Virus record (IMG/VR): IMGVR_UViG_3300030098_002071
Coordinates: 13,759 to 77,758 of that record
Strand: one strand, 5' to 3'
DNA from: a virus
Length of the DNA: 64,000 nt
Of the stretch, positions 1-8,095 are shown one piece after another (position 1 is the first letter of the stretch; each line of letters opens with the position of its first letter). The notes below the pieces were generated by a model. The model worked only from the letters and a program-made list of their open reading frames with translations, was not told the origin of the DNA and ran no database searches. The position numbers and the translations under genes were made by a program.

Positions 1-309
1 ACCCAAGAACCAAGCAGGTAGCAGATAAGACGCAAACTCCGACTTAGTATGGCGAGGAGGCATATTAATAATAAGTCGCTTAGTTTTGCCCTCTGCTACC
101 TCTTGGAAAGCCTCAGCCATTTTTATGTGGTGTCGCCCTTCTATAAACTCAGGCCACATTGTTTTTACAAATTTAATAAACTCTTTTTCTGCTTTCCTAC
201 GTTCTTGCCGTTTTGCTAGCTCCTCCAACAACTCCAAAGTCTCTGTTTTCTCGTACACCGACATATGAGGTATTTTAGCTCTAATCTGTTGGACTTGTTG
301 TGGGGTCAT
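1..309 (-). CDS. terL: Terminase large subunit, N-terminal part (phage A; runs off the window edge)
   Basis: Not in the ORF track; translated by hand from ATG at 309 (overlaps the upstream stop as ATGA): MTPQQVQQIRAKIPHMSVYEK...FIEGRHHIKMAEAFQEVAEGKTKRLIINMPPRHTKSEFASYLLPAWFLG. RLIINMPPRHTKS is the TerL Walker A region. Confidence 0.93.
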   Translation of the reverse strand, partial: MTPQQVQQIRAKIPHMSVYEKTETLELLEELAKRQERRKAEKEFIKFVKTMWPEFIEGRHHIKMAEAFQEVAEGKTKRLIINMPPRHTKSEFASYLLPAWFLG

Positions 310-944
310 TTTTCTATAGGTTTAGGTTTAATTAACTCTCTTTTTTCTTTAAAACTTTTATGTTCTATCCCCTGACTAAGATCAGGAGAACCTAACTCTG
401 CAACAACATCTATAGACTCAGAAGACACAGACTCTAATACTTCTACTTCTTCTGCATCTATAACTTTTTCTAGTTTTTCATACAGGCGTTTCTCTAATTC
501 CTCAGTGCTCTGATGCTTTATCGTTATTTCGGTTCGTTCCGCAAATAGCCCTACATCTGTAATCTTACCTAGTAACTCCAAAGCCCGCATTCTAGTCCTT
601 GCATCCTTAGAGTTAGACTCTTCAATTAATCTATTGGTTATGTAAGTACGTAACTGTGCAGAGCTATCTACAATCTGTTTATCGTATTCTGTCAGTAGAG
701 CTGCAAGGTGCATTCCAACAGCAGGGTTTTGTAGAGCTGCCGAAACTTTCTTTTCCCCAGTGTAGACTTTACGAGCAGCTTCTTTGTCTTCTTCTGTAGG
801 CTCAATTTTTACCCCAAAACTACCTAGAGCTTGTGCTGTTTGACAAGCAACTTTGGCTCTTTTAAGTGTAGTAGTTAATTCATCGGGAGATAAATCTATT
901 GGTAAAGGTATACCGCTATCAAAAGATACTGAAAGATCACTCAT
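306..944 (-). CDS. Putative terminase small subunit (phage A)
   Basis: Directly upstream of and coupled to TerL; helical protein with RMRALELLGKITDVGLFAER motif. Start moved from 971 to the ATG at 944 (ATGA overlap, AGGAG upstream). Confidence 0.65.
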   Translation of the reverse strand: MSDLSVSFDSGIPLPIDLSPDELTTTLKRAKVACQTAQALGSFGVKIEPTEEDKEAARKVYTGEKKVSAALQNPAVGMHLAALLTEYDKQIVDSSAQLRTYITNRLIEESNSKDARTRMRALELLGKITDVGLFAERTEITIKHQSTEELEKRLYEKLEKVIDAEEVEVLESVSSESIDVVAELGSPDLSQGIEHKSFKEKRELIKPKPIEK

Positions 945-1228
945 CCTTTTATATGCTCCTGTATAGCCCAATCTAGATATACTTTGGCTTTCAGCAAATC
1001 CTGCACCCCGCCTTTATGTTTATACCTAGATGTATATTTGTAAACATTGCCCATACAATACGCTATGTATCCGTCTTTGCCTAGTTTTGCTCGGATATAT
1101 TGAATTACTTCTATGCCACCTTCCGTATAATGTTTGGGGTGATTTACAGAGTCATCTGTATTAGATTCCCCAATGTTGTATTCCCAGTTGGGCACAGTTT
1201 TTCTAGCATCGTCCATGCTTTTCTCCAT
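941..1228 (-). CDS. DUF3310-family protein (T7 gp1.7 nucleotide-kinase-like)
   Basis: DSVNHPKHYTEGGIE...YCMGNVYKYTSRYKHKGGVQDLLKAKVYL signature. Confidence 0.85.
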   Translation of the reverse strand: MEKSMDDARKTVPNWEYNIGESNTDDSVNHPKHYTEGGIEVIQYIRAKLGKDGYIAYCMGNVYKYTSRYKHKGGVQDLLKAKVYLDWAIQEHIKG

Positions 1229-1425
1229 AAATACAGTAATGTATCAAAAAATATTATTTAAGGAAACAGGGGAGGTAAAAAATAAGTGACGGGGGGGTTT
1301 TTTGAAAAAATTTCAAATTGTTTGTGCAGATTAATATATATACATAAAAATATTTTGACAGGTCAGTTTAGGGGCTCCCACCCCCCGTAGGGACACCCCA
1401 CCCCCCTATTATTTCCTAGTATTAC

Positions 1426-1454
1426 TTGACATTAAATGGTAAGTTTGCCATAAT
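1426..1454 (+). promoter_or_regulatory. sigma70-type early promoter P1
   Basis: TTGACA-17 bp-CATAAT with TGn extended -10, upstream of AGGAG and ATG 1502. Confidence 0.75.
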
Positions 1455-1501
1455 AGGTTCACTGGTCGCAGTTAAGGGCCAGCAACCAATAGGAGAATAT
1501 C

Positions 1502-1720
1502 ATGGGACAACCATTAATCAATCCAGAAACACAGTTTAGAACATCAATGGCAATATACATTGACAAGATTAGATATGGCAAGAGAACGTTTACAAAGGAT
1601 CGTGCAGAAAAATATCTAATGCAATTAGCCGCACAACTTGATGAGTTAAAGAGATTAGAGAAAGATACCCATACAGATGCAGGTAAAGAAAAACTTTGCA
1701 GAGCTGTTTGGAGACTGTAG
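1502..1720 (+). CDS. Early hypothetical protein
   Basis: 72-aa ORF with strong AGGAG RBS, first gene after P1. Confidence 0.75.
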   Translation: MGQPLINPETQFRTSMAIYIDKIRYGKRTFTKDRAEKYLMQLAAQLDELKRLEKDTHTDAGKEKLCRAVWRL

Positions 1721-1753
1721 TAATACCGAATGGGGGGACGGTTTCCCCCCTTA
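1719..1753 (+). repeat. 35-bp intergenic direct repeat, copy 1 (G6/C6 hairpin)
   Basis: AGTAATACCGAATGGGGGGACGGTTTCCCCCCTTA, identical to 1955-1989. Confidence 0.95.
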
Positions 1754-1773
1754 TTTTTTATAGGAGAAGTATC

Positions 1774-1959
1774 ATGGAAGCGAAGCAAATCTTAGATTCA
1801 TCTGATGAGACATTACAAAAAGCATTGCACAAGCTAATGTATTGTTCAAATTCAACCCGCATAAAGAATTTGGTGGTACATCACAATGAGAAAGATAAAT
1901 GGTCAATTCACGTTAACTTTATTACCAATGATCAAATTTACGATTACGATGGTAAGTAA
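1774..1959 (+). CDS. Early hypothetical protein
   Basis: Start reassigned to ATG 1774 after TAGGAGAAGTATC (MEAKQILD...). Confidence 0.7.
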   Translation: MEAKQILDSSDETLQKALHKLMYCSNSTRIKNLVVHHNEKDKWSIHVNFITNDQIYDYDGK

Positions 1960-1989
1960 TACCGAATGGGGGGACGGTTTCCCCCCTTA
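1955..1989 (+). repeat. 35-bp intergenic direct repeat, copy 2
   Basis: Exact copy of 1719-1753, again followed by a T-run and TAGGAG RBS. Confidence 0.95.
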
Positions 1990-2007
1990 CTTTTCTAGGA
2001 GAATATC

Positions 2008-2238
2008 ATGAAGTATTTTTACCAAGTAACTATGGTTGTATCCGCAAGCATTGCCGTATTGTTTGCATACTGGGCAGGAATACATACTGGGTTATCAGAT
2101 ACAGATAACTGGGGAACAATAGCTCAGATGTTACCAGACGGAGAGTTTGGTTCCTTGTCAGTACTCTTACTTGTCTTTGCTTTCGCACCATACTTAATAC
2201 TGCAAGATTACATTAACGATACACAATTAGAAGAATGA
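2008..2238 (+). CDS. Small early membrane protein (2 predicted TM segments)
   Basis: AGGAG RBS; two hydrophobic stretches. Confidence 0.7.
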   Translation: MKYFYQVTMVVSASIAVLFAYWAGIHTGLSDTDNWGTIAQMLPDGEFGSLSVLLLVFAFAPYLILQDYINDTQLEE

Positions 2239-2241
2239 CTA

Positions 2242-2270
2242 GGAAGGGGATGAAATATTCCCCTCCTTTT
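2242..2270 (+). terminator. Probable intrinsic terminator
   Basis: GGAAGGGGA-TGAAATAT-TCCCCTCC-TTTT right after the stop codon. Confidence 0.6.
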
Positions 2271-2307
2271 CTGATACCAGTTATCAGACTCTAGGCCTTG
2301 CTTTTCT

Positions 2308-2335
2308 GTAGGACACCATATATATGATACCCTAT
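2308..2335. promoter_or_regulatory. 28-bp palindromic operator-like site 1
   Basis: GTAGG-ACAC-CATATATATG-ATAC-CCTAT; ends 2 bp before the -35 of P2. Confidence 0.7.
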
Positions 2336-2337
2336 GG

Positions 2338-2367
2338 TTGACATTAAATACCAATATGTCCTATTAT
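2338..2367 (+). promoter_or_regulatory. sigma70-type early promoter P2
   Basis: TTGACA-18 bp-TATTAT; shares TTGACATTAAAT and a downstream TCACTGG with P1. Confidence 0.65.
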
Positions 2368-2433
2368 ATAGTCACTGGGCAGGAAACTCTCCAGTAACAT
2401 TATTAAATAACCAATTATGAAAGGTAGTATCTT

Positions 2434-3111
2434 ATGAGTAAGAAACAAGCTAGTGACATCCTTAACTATTCAACAGAATATGCAGGGATTACGCACACCA
2501 TACGGGAACCTAAGGTTCCTTTTAGTGTTTCGGCTATGAGTGACTTATCAGCTAGTAAAGACGAACAACAGCATTCTCTTTGCTTTTCGATACTTCGACC
2601 AGTAGCAATGGGCAATACTATAGCATTTGATAGTTTAACCCCGACAATTCGTAAAGAATTACAAGGGAGTCGGTCATTAAAATCAACTGACTTGAGCGAA
2701 GAATCTAGAGAATTTTTAAAGATACTTAATCAAGCAGGTATAGCTAATGCGAGTGGTAATTTGAGGATAATCCTTAATTATACTAATGAGCAATTAGCTA
2801 AAGCATTTTCGGCAGGATTCGCTAAAGCGAAGAAATTAGGATCACATCTTACACTTCACCAGCTAGCAGGATTCGTTAAGGATTATTTCTCTAAGGATTT
2901 TCCTAAGAGCACTCCGAAGACTGGCGGAGTAGTAGTGACCGAACCTGCTAAAAAGTACAATGATCTGAAAGCTTCAATAGTAAAGTTTGCTATAAGAGAA
3001 TCTAATGGCAACAAGGAATACATCAAAAGAATATGGAAAGAGTTTCTTAAAGACCATATGACAGCGGATGAAGTTAACGACATAGTTAACAAGATAGCAG
3101 AATCTAAGTAA
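2434..3111 (+). CDS. Early hypothetical protein (225 aa), monocistronic
   Basis: ORF bracketed by P2 and a strong terminator; no family recognised. Confidence 0.8.
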   Translation: MSKKQASDILNYSTEYAGITHTIREPKVPFSVSAMSDLSASKDEQQHSLCFSILRPVAMGNTIAFDSLTPTIRKELQGSRSLKSTDLSEESREFLKILNQAGIANASGNLRIILNYTNEQLAKAFSAGFAKAKKLGSHLTLHQLAGFVKDYFSKDFPKSTPKTGGVVVTEPAKKYNDLKASIVKFAIRESNGNKEYIKRIWKEFLKDHMTADEVNDIVNKIAESK

Positions 3112-3118
3112 TACTTTT

Positions 3119-3151
3119 AACCCTCGGCAGAAATGTCGAGGGTTTTTTTTT
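3119..3151 (+). terminator. Intrinsic terminator
   Basis: AACCCTCGGC-AGAAAT-GTCGAGGGTT followed by a long T tract. Confidence 0.9.
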
Positions 3152-3160
3152 GGCTCTGCC

Positions 3161-3243
3161 ACCAGTTCCCTGACTATACGCCTATCTTACCTTTTGATAC
3201 CAGTTCCCTGACTATACGCCTATCTTACCTTTTGATACCAGTT
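3161..3243 (+). repeat. 38-bp tandem repeat (2 exact copies plus partial third)
   Basis: ACCAGTTCCCTGACTATACGCCTATCTTACCTTTTGAT at 3161 and 3199, then ACCAGTT at 3237. Confidence 0.95.
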
Positions 3244-3267
3244 ATCAGACTCTAAGCCTAGCTTTCC

Positions 3268-3295
3268 GTAGGGCTTCATATATATGACTCCATAC
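3268..3295. promoter_or_regulatory. 28-bp palindromic operator-like site 2
   Basis: GTAGG-GCTT-CATATATATG-ACTC-CATAC. Confidence 0.7.
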
Positions 3296-3351
3296 ACTCT
3301 CAATAAATACCATGAAATAAATTGTTATGATGTTTTCTATCATATACTAAA

Positions 3352-3637
3352 GTTTTTACATTTGTAAAAACATTGCTACATCCGCATATAATCAGGGTTT
3401 GCAGGAGATTAGCACGTGAAAAAAGCCCTTTGTTTTTACATATATATTATTTTAGTGTAAAAAAGTATATAAGTAAGTAACCCTCATGTGTCTGTACGAG
3501 GTAGTCTTATTGTTTAAGCTTTCATTTATATTCTCAAAAAACCAGATTTGTAAAAACAAAGCCATTTTTACTCACAGAAATCCCCCCATATCCCGCATTA
3601 TTCCCCATTGTATTAATGTTTAACTAATTGTAAAAAC
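3352..3637. repeat. Iteron-like TGTAAAAAC array in AT-rich non-coding DNA (candidate replication origin)
   Basis: Exact 9-mers at 3352(-), 3363(+), 3432(-), 3549(+), 3629(+); near copy at 3456. Confidence 0.55.
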
Positions 3638-3706
3638 ACCACCTCATATTCTAAAACATTATAACAATACACTACTTGTTATTAGGTATTACTTAGTAGG
3701 ACATAT

Positions 3707-3735
3707 TTGACACCATACAGGAAATATGCTATAAT
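3707..3735 (+). promoter_or_regulatory. Consensus sigma70 promoter P3
   Basis: Perfect TTGACA-17 bp-TATAAT with TGn extended -10, heading the long + strand operon. Confidence 0.9.
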
Positions 3736-3801
3736 AATAATGTAGCAATTCGTCTTGCGTATATGTAGCGTTTGTCCATTTATGTGAGATTTGTTCATTT
3801 C

Positions 3802-3829
3802 GTATGACATCATAATTATGGTGTCCTAC
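3802..3829. promoter_or_regulatory. 28-bp palindromic operator-like site 3
   Basis: GTATG-ACAT-CATAATTATG-GTGT-CCTAC between P3 and the RBS of gene 3848. Confidence 0.75.
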
Positions 3830-3847
3830 AGAATACAGGAGGGTGTT

Positions 3848-4096
3848 ATGTCAGCAATCAAGCAGTTATTATTTTGTAGCGTATGTGATGTAGATGTAGA
3901 TATAGACAGAGTAGATTTCTGTCAGAAAACTTACGGCAAAACCTATTGCCTAGACTGTGGTGATAAGCAAGCCACAATCGCTAGAAGTAAATGGACAGTT
4001 GCTCAGGAGTATACCAAAGGTAACTATCAATTTATTACCCAAGATTCTGTGCGTAGTACCTTACGCCAGACTAACCCCAAAAACACAAGGAGATAA
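3848..4096 (+). CDS. C4 zinc-finger protein (DksA/TraR-like finger)
   Basis: CSVC...R...CLDC; start at ATG 3848 after AGGAGG. Confidence 0.6.
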   Translation: MSAIKQLLFCSVCDVDVDIDRVDFCQKTYGKTYCLDCGDKQATIARSKWTVAQEYTKGNYQFITQDSVRSTLRQTNPKNTRR

Positions 4097-4098
4097 TC

Positions 4099-4308
4099 AT
4101 GGAGCTAGATATAAAATGTCAAACAGCTATAGAGTATCTAAAGAGTAGAGACAAGTATGTAAACGATCCTAGATGTACATTCAGTCCCAAGTCTGCCAAT
4201 CAGATGCAGATGAAGGTGCATCACGTACGAGACACAATCCAAGAGTACCGCACCGCCATGCAGTTGGGTGGTGGATGCACAATGACCAGAATAGAAGGGA
4301 GTGAGTAA
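4099..4308 (+). CDS. Hypothetical protein
   Basis: AGGAG RBS; tightly packed operon. Confidence 0.7.
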   Translation: MELDIKCQTAIEYLKSRDKYVNDPRCTFSPKSANQMQMKVHHVRDTIQEYRTAMQLGGGCTMTRIEGSE

Positions 4309-4495
4309 GATGAAAATGGATGATATAAATCTTGGGGTTGCCATAGGGCTCAACGCTACATGGACACTGGGTGGTTTCTTATTATGTGTAATGGTAGGAA
4401 TAAACCCTGTGCATTATACAATTTTCATAGGATGGTTATGCGTAGGATTATTCGTACTTTATATATTAACGCCAGAGAAAAAAGAGGAGGAGTGA
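4301..4495 (+). CDS. Small membrane protein
   Basis: Two hydrophobic helices; operon packing. Confidence 0.6.
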   Translation: MSKMKMDDINLGVAIGLNATWTLGGFLLCVMVGINPVHYTIFIGWLCVGLFVLYILTPEKKEEE

Positions 4496-4498
4496 GTA

Positions 4499-4684
4499 AT
4501 GAGTTATGTTATTGCAGATATTACCTTTTACAAGGTAGACGAAGATGGTAACGATATTGTAGATGCTGATGGGAAACTAATTCTATTCGAACCGAAAGGC
4601 AGGTGGAAACAGTTAGAGCATTTAACTGAGGGGTGTGATGATTCTGATTTTCAACCAATACATAAGGAGAAGAAAGATGGTTGA
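4499..4684 (+). CDS. Hypothetical protein
   Basis: GAGGAG RBS; operon packing. Confidence 0.65.
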   Translation: MSYVIADITFYKVDEDGNDIVDADGKLILFEPKGRWKQLEHLTEGCDDSDFQPIHKEKKDG

Positions 4685-4847
4685 TCCGATTGTATGTACA
4701 GGTGTATGTCTAGTGTGTACCGCTATGGCTTACTATGTTGGCAAGGGAGTAGGGGGGAAACCCATGAGGTTTCTGTTCTACAAATTACAAGAAGAAGGTT
4801 ATTTTCAAATAACTGAAGACACTAAAATCATAATTAGGAAATCATAA
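4677..4847 (+). CDS. Small membrane-anchored protein
   Basis: AAGGAG RBS, start MVDPIVC, N-terminal hydrophobic helix. Confidence 0.55.
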   Translation: MVDPIVCTGVCLVCTAMAYYVGKGVGGKPMRFLFYKLQEEGYFQITEDTKIIIRKS

Positions 4848-4871
4848 TTAGGAAATCATAAGGAGAATATT

Positions 4872-5780
4872 ATGGAGCAGTACGGAGCAGACGGAGACTA
4901 TGCAACATTGAAATCTAGTGGAGCATTAATATCTCTAAGTTGTAATCAATATCAGAATATGTATAGCCACATACCTTTAGGGGAAGAAGTAGCCCGTGAC
5001 AAAAACGCCAAGACTAAACGAGGCATTAAAGTTAAGGTAAATTTGTTGGCAGAGAATGACCATAAACTTAAGGCTATAGCTAAACACGTATCTCAAGTTA
5101 GGGCTAAGTCTATATATCCTTATGCTTTTCCTTGGACGGCAGGGCAGGGGGGTATGATGTATGTACCCACAGGGAATATACCTATAGTTATGCAGAAGAC
5201 TTCTAGTGACGAGAATTATTTTTGGAAGTTGGTTGATGAGTTCTGTTTGGCGTATCCAAGCCTAAAAGCCAAAATGCCTGATATTTTGGAGGATTTGTAT
5301 GACGAGTCTAAGTATCAGCATGTAGATGAGGTCAGAGCGTCTTTTACTTGGAATCTAAATTGGGGTGATGTAGATGCTACGAGTCATTTCTTTTTGGAGT
5401 TGGAGCAAGACAAGCTCAATGATATGCACGATAAGAAACTCAAGGCTATAAGTAAAGCTGTAGAGGATAATAGTAGGTCTATGTATAAGAAAGTGCATGA
5501 CCATGTGGCGACTCTTATCCACAAAGCGACTACAACTATAGATGAGGAGGGTAACGAAACAAAACCTAGAATACACGATACCCTTATTCCCAAGATGCGA
5601 GAGGACTGTGAGGTACTCAAACATCTAAATGTAATGAATGACCCTACTTTGGAGGCTATGCGAGCTGACTTATTAAAGTTGGTTACAGGTACAGATGTAG
5701 AGGCATTGAGAGATTCAGCGGCAGAACGAGAAGAAATAAAAGCTAAAGCTGAAGCAATGAGAGAGAAGTTCAATTTCTAA
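4872..5780 (+). CDS. DUF3150-like protein
   Basis: 302 aa; PW...GG.MYVP and F...YP pattern with helical C-terminus, as recalled for phage proteins beside AAA/vWA pairs. Confidence 0.55.
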   Translation: MEQYGADGDYATLKSSGALISLSCNQYQNMYSHIPLGEEVARDKNAKTKRGIKVKVNLLAENDHKLKAIAKHVSQVRAKSIYPYAFPWTAGQGGMMYVPTGNIPIVMQKTSSDENYFWKLVDEFCLAYPSLKAKMPDILEDLYDESKYQHVDEVRASFTWNLNWGDVDATSHFFLELEQDKLNDMHDKKLKAISKAVEDNSRSMYKKVHDHVATLIHKATTTIDEEGNETKPRIHDTLIPKMREDCEVLKHLNVMNDPTLEAMRADLLKLVTGTDVEALRDSAAEREEIKAKAEAMREKFNF

Positions 5781-5783
5781 ACC

Positions 5784-5811
5784 GTATGACATCATAATTA
5801 TGATCTCATAC
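5784..5811. promoter_or_regulatory. 28-bp palindromic operator-like site 4
   Basis: GTATG-ACAT-CATAATTATG-ATCT-CATAC in the gap before the AAA gene. Confidence 0.75.
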
Positions 5812-5831
5812 ACAAATATAGGAGAAGTATC

Positions 5832-6935
5832 ATGGCAGATAAAGTTAATCACGCAGAAGCAGTAAACATTATTGAGGCAATGGGGCCAACTGATTGGGTT
5901 CGTTTGATCGGCCCCGTGGGTTGTGGCAAGAGTTCAATCCTTAACACATTGGCAAAACGTAACCCAGAGCATGTGCCTATACATTTAGATGTACCCACAA
6001 TGGACTTTCCTGATTTCTATATGCCATCAGTGGACAAAGAGAAAGAGGAGTCTATGCTCTTTCTTAACCGTAGGTTCGGCAAAAGTGACCCACGACCTAA
6101 GATATATCTGTACGATGAGTGGGATAAAGCTATGGAGAGTGTGAAGAAGATGACCTTACAGCAACTTCTGCATCTAGACTTCAATGGGTGGACACCGCCA
6201 AAAGATACAATGCGATTCTCTACAGGTAACCTGAACAGTGAGGGAGTGGGTGACACTATCCAAGCCCATGCTATGAATCGGAATATCGAGATCGAGATAG
6301 GTAAACCTACAGTCAGTGAGTTGAAGGAATACGCATTGGACAATAATTGGGCTCCAGAAATTATCGTGCTACTACAGGAAGTGCCAGAATGTTTGGATGA
6401 CTACAGGGATATGGACGATGCACAGATTACAACGGAAGAAGAACGTATGAAACATAATCCCTATATACATGACCCCAGAGTACATAAAGGTCAGTTTGTA
6501 AGTCCCCGATCCTTGGAAAGAGGTAGCCGTATCATTAGCAGTAAGTTGGGGGACAACACAGAGTCTATGTTTAAAGCTTGCTCTGGTAATTGGGGGTCAG
6601 CTATGACGGAGAAGTTTCGTACTATATTGCAGACTTCCAATCAATTACCCCGATGGCAGGATATAATGGATGATCCTGATACAGCTAAACTACCAGAAAG
6701 CGGTATTGCTGAGACTATCCTTGTGACTAAAGCACAGAATCAAGTGAAGAGTAGTGATGCTATGACTAAGTGGATGACATATCTTAATCGCATCGAGTCA
6801 GTGGAGACTCAATCCATGTTTGCTACCCTGATGTATCGGATGGGGGGAGAAAAGCAGAGACTTGCTATGCACAATCAGATGTTCACCAAGTGGGCACGAG
6901 ACAATAGGTGGGTATTTGCCGCTGATAAACGATAG
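5832..6935 (+). CDS. MoxR-like AAA+ ATPase
   Basis: Walker A GPVGCGKS, Walker B YLYDE, sensor TGN, arginine finger AMNR, SPRS sensor II. Confidence 0.88.
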   Translation: MADKVNHAEAVNIIEAMGPTDWVRLIGPVGCGKSSILNTLAKRNPEHVPIHLDVPTMDFPDFYMPSVDKEKEESMLFLNRRFGKSDPRPKIYLYDEWDKAMESVKKMTLQQLLHLDFNGWTPPKDTMRFSTGNLNSEGVGDTIQAHAMNRNIEIEIGKPTVSELKEYALDNNWAPEIIVLLQEVPECLDDYRDMDDAQITTEEERMKHNPYIHDPRVHKGQFVSPRSLERGSRIISSKLGDNTESMFKACSGNWGSAMTEKFRTILQTSNQLPRWQDIMDDPDTAKLPESGIAETILVTKAQNQVKSSDAMTKWMTYLNRIESVETQSMFATLMYRMGGEKQRLAMHNQMFTKWARDNRWVFAADKR

Positions 6936-6943
6936 GAGGATAC

Positions 6944-8083
6944 ATGAAACTAACAGTAAAACAACGGCTAGTGAAGAATCATGTGGCTCTAAGGAATAAT
7001 CAACATACAGTTTTGTACAGTGAGATTATTCGATTGGGTAAAGCTACAGTGTGTAAAGATACACCTACAGCGTACACTGATGGGTTGAATGTAGTTTATG
7101 GGCATGATTTTTGTGACCAACTGACAGACTCTGATTTTAGAGGTGTGATACTGCATGAGAATCTACACAAAGCATTTGAGCATTTAGTAGTGTGGAGACA
7201 TCTATCTAAGATCAACCACAGGAAAGCCAATATGTGTGCAGATTATGTCATAAACTGGATTATTGTTGATTTGGAGAAATTGACTAATGGGTTTGTGACT
7301 TTACCTGAATGTGCGTTGTATGATCCCAAGTACAAAAATTGGAGTGTCCAGAGAGTGTGGAACGATCTACCCGATGACCCAGAGGGTGACTCTATGGACG
7401 ACCATGATTGGGAAGGGGCTAAAGAACTATCTGAGGAAGAGCAGAAGAAGCAGTCTGAGAGTATAAAAGAAGCTCTAAGGCAAGGTCAGTTGATTGCGGG
7501 CAAGATGGGGGGAAATATACCTAGAGGTATAGGTGAACTCACAACCCCCAAGGTTGAGTGGAGTAAAGTAGCACTACAGAAGTTGGCATCTGATGTTAAG
7601 GGACATGATAGTCAGTCTTGGAGAAGATTCCAACGTAGGTTTGTACATCAAGAACTCTACTTCCCTGAGCACGTAGGTAACTCTGTGGGGGAGTTGGTGG
7701 TAGCTGTAGACTCGTCTGGCAGTATGGGACAGAAAGAATTACGCCATGCACTATCAGATGTATATGTAATGATGCAAACATTGAATCCCCGGAAGGTGCA
7801 TCTATTGTATTGGGATGCTAGTGTAGATGCACATGAAAGGTATGAACCGTCTACCTATGCGTCACTACCAAAATCTACTAGACCGATAGGGGGTGGTGGT
7901 ACAGACCCCCAATGTGTAGTGGACTACATGAAGAAGCATAAGATGAAACCGTCAGCAACTATGGTGTTTACTGATGGCTACGTTAATTCATGGGGTAAAG
8001 GTTGGACTGTCGACCCCCTGTGGATAATTATACCTAATGGCAGTAAACAAAAACCCAATGTGGGTACAACTATTTATATGTAA
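6944..8083 (+). CDS. Metallopeptidase-like (HExxH) plus vWA domain protein (DUF2201-like)
   Basis: PTAYTDG, HENLH zincin motif, MIDAS DSSGS...GGGTD...FTDG. Confidence 0.88.
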   Translation: MKLTVKQRLVKNHVALRNNQHTVLYSEIIRLGKATVCKDTPTAYTDGLNVVYGHDFCDQLTDSDFRGVILHENLHKAFEHLVVWRHLSKINHRKANMCADYVINWIIVDLEKLTNGFVTLPECALYDPKYKNWSVQRVWNDLPDDPEGDSMDDHDWEGAKELSEEEQKKQSESIKEALRQGQLIAGKMGGNIPRGIGELTTPKVEWSKVALQKLASDVKGHDSQSWRRFQRRFVHQELYFPEHVGNSVGELVVAVDSSGSMGQKELRHALSDVYVMMQTLNPRKVHLLYWDASVDAHERYEPSTYASLPKSTRPIGGGGTDPQCVVDYMKKHKMKPSATMVFTDGYVNSWGKGWTVDPLWIIIPNGSKQKPNVGTTIYM

Positions 8084-8095
8084 AGGAGGTAAGTG

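Noticed and set aside
1-309. Left-end TerL as terminal redundancy of the right-end TerL
   Set aside because: Protein and DNA sequences differ substantially, so these are distinct genes.
1719-1989. 35-bp direct repeats as CRISPR repeats or integron attC sites
   Set aside because: Only two copies, separated by a whole gene; no attC RYYYAAC/GTTRRRY ends and no integrase.
3161-3243. 38-bp repeats as a mini CRISPR array
   Set aside because: Copies are directly adjacent with no spacers, and no cas operon is present. The Cas4-like gene is an ordinary replication-module exonuclease.
4825-4860. 14-bp tandem repeat AAATCATAATTAGG as another operator copy
   Set aside because: Contains CATAATTA but lacks TG and the outer GTAKG/CMTAC boxes; probably a slippage duplication at a stop codon.
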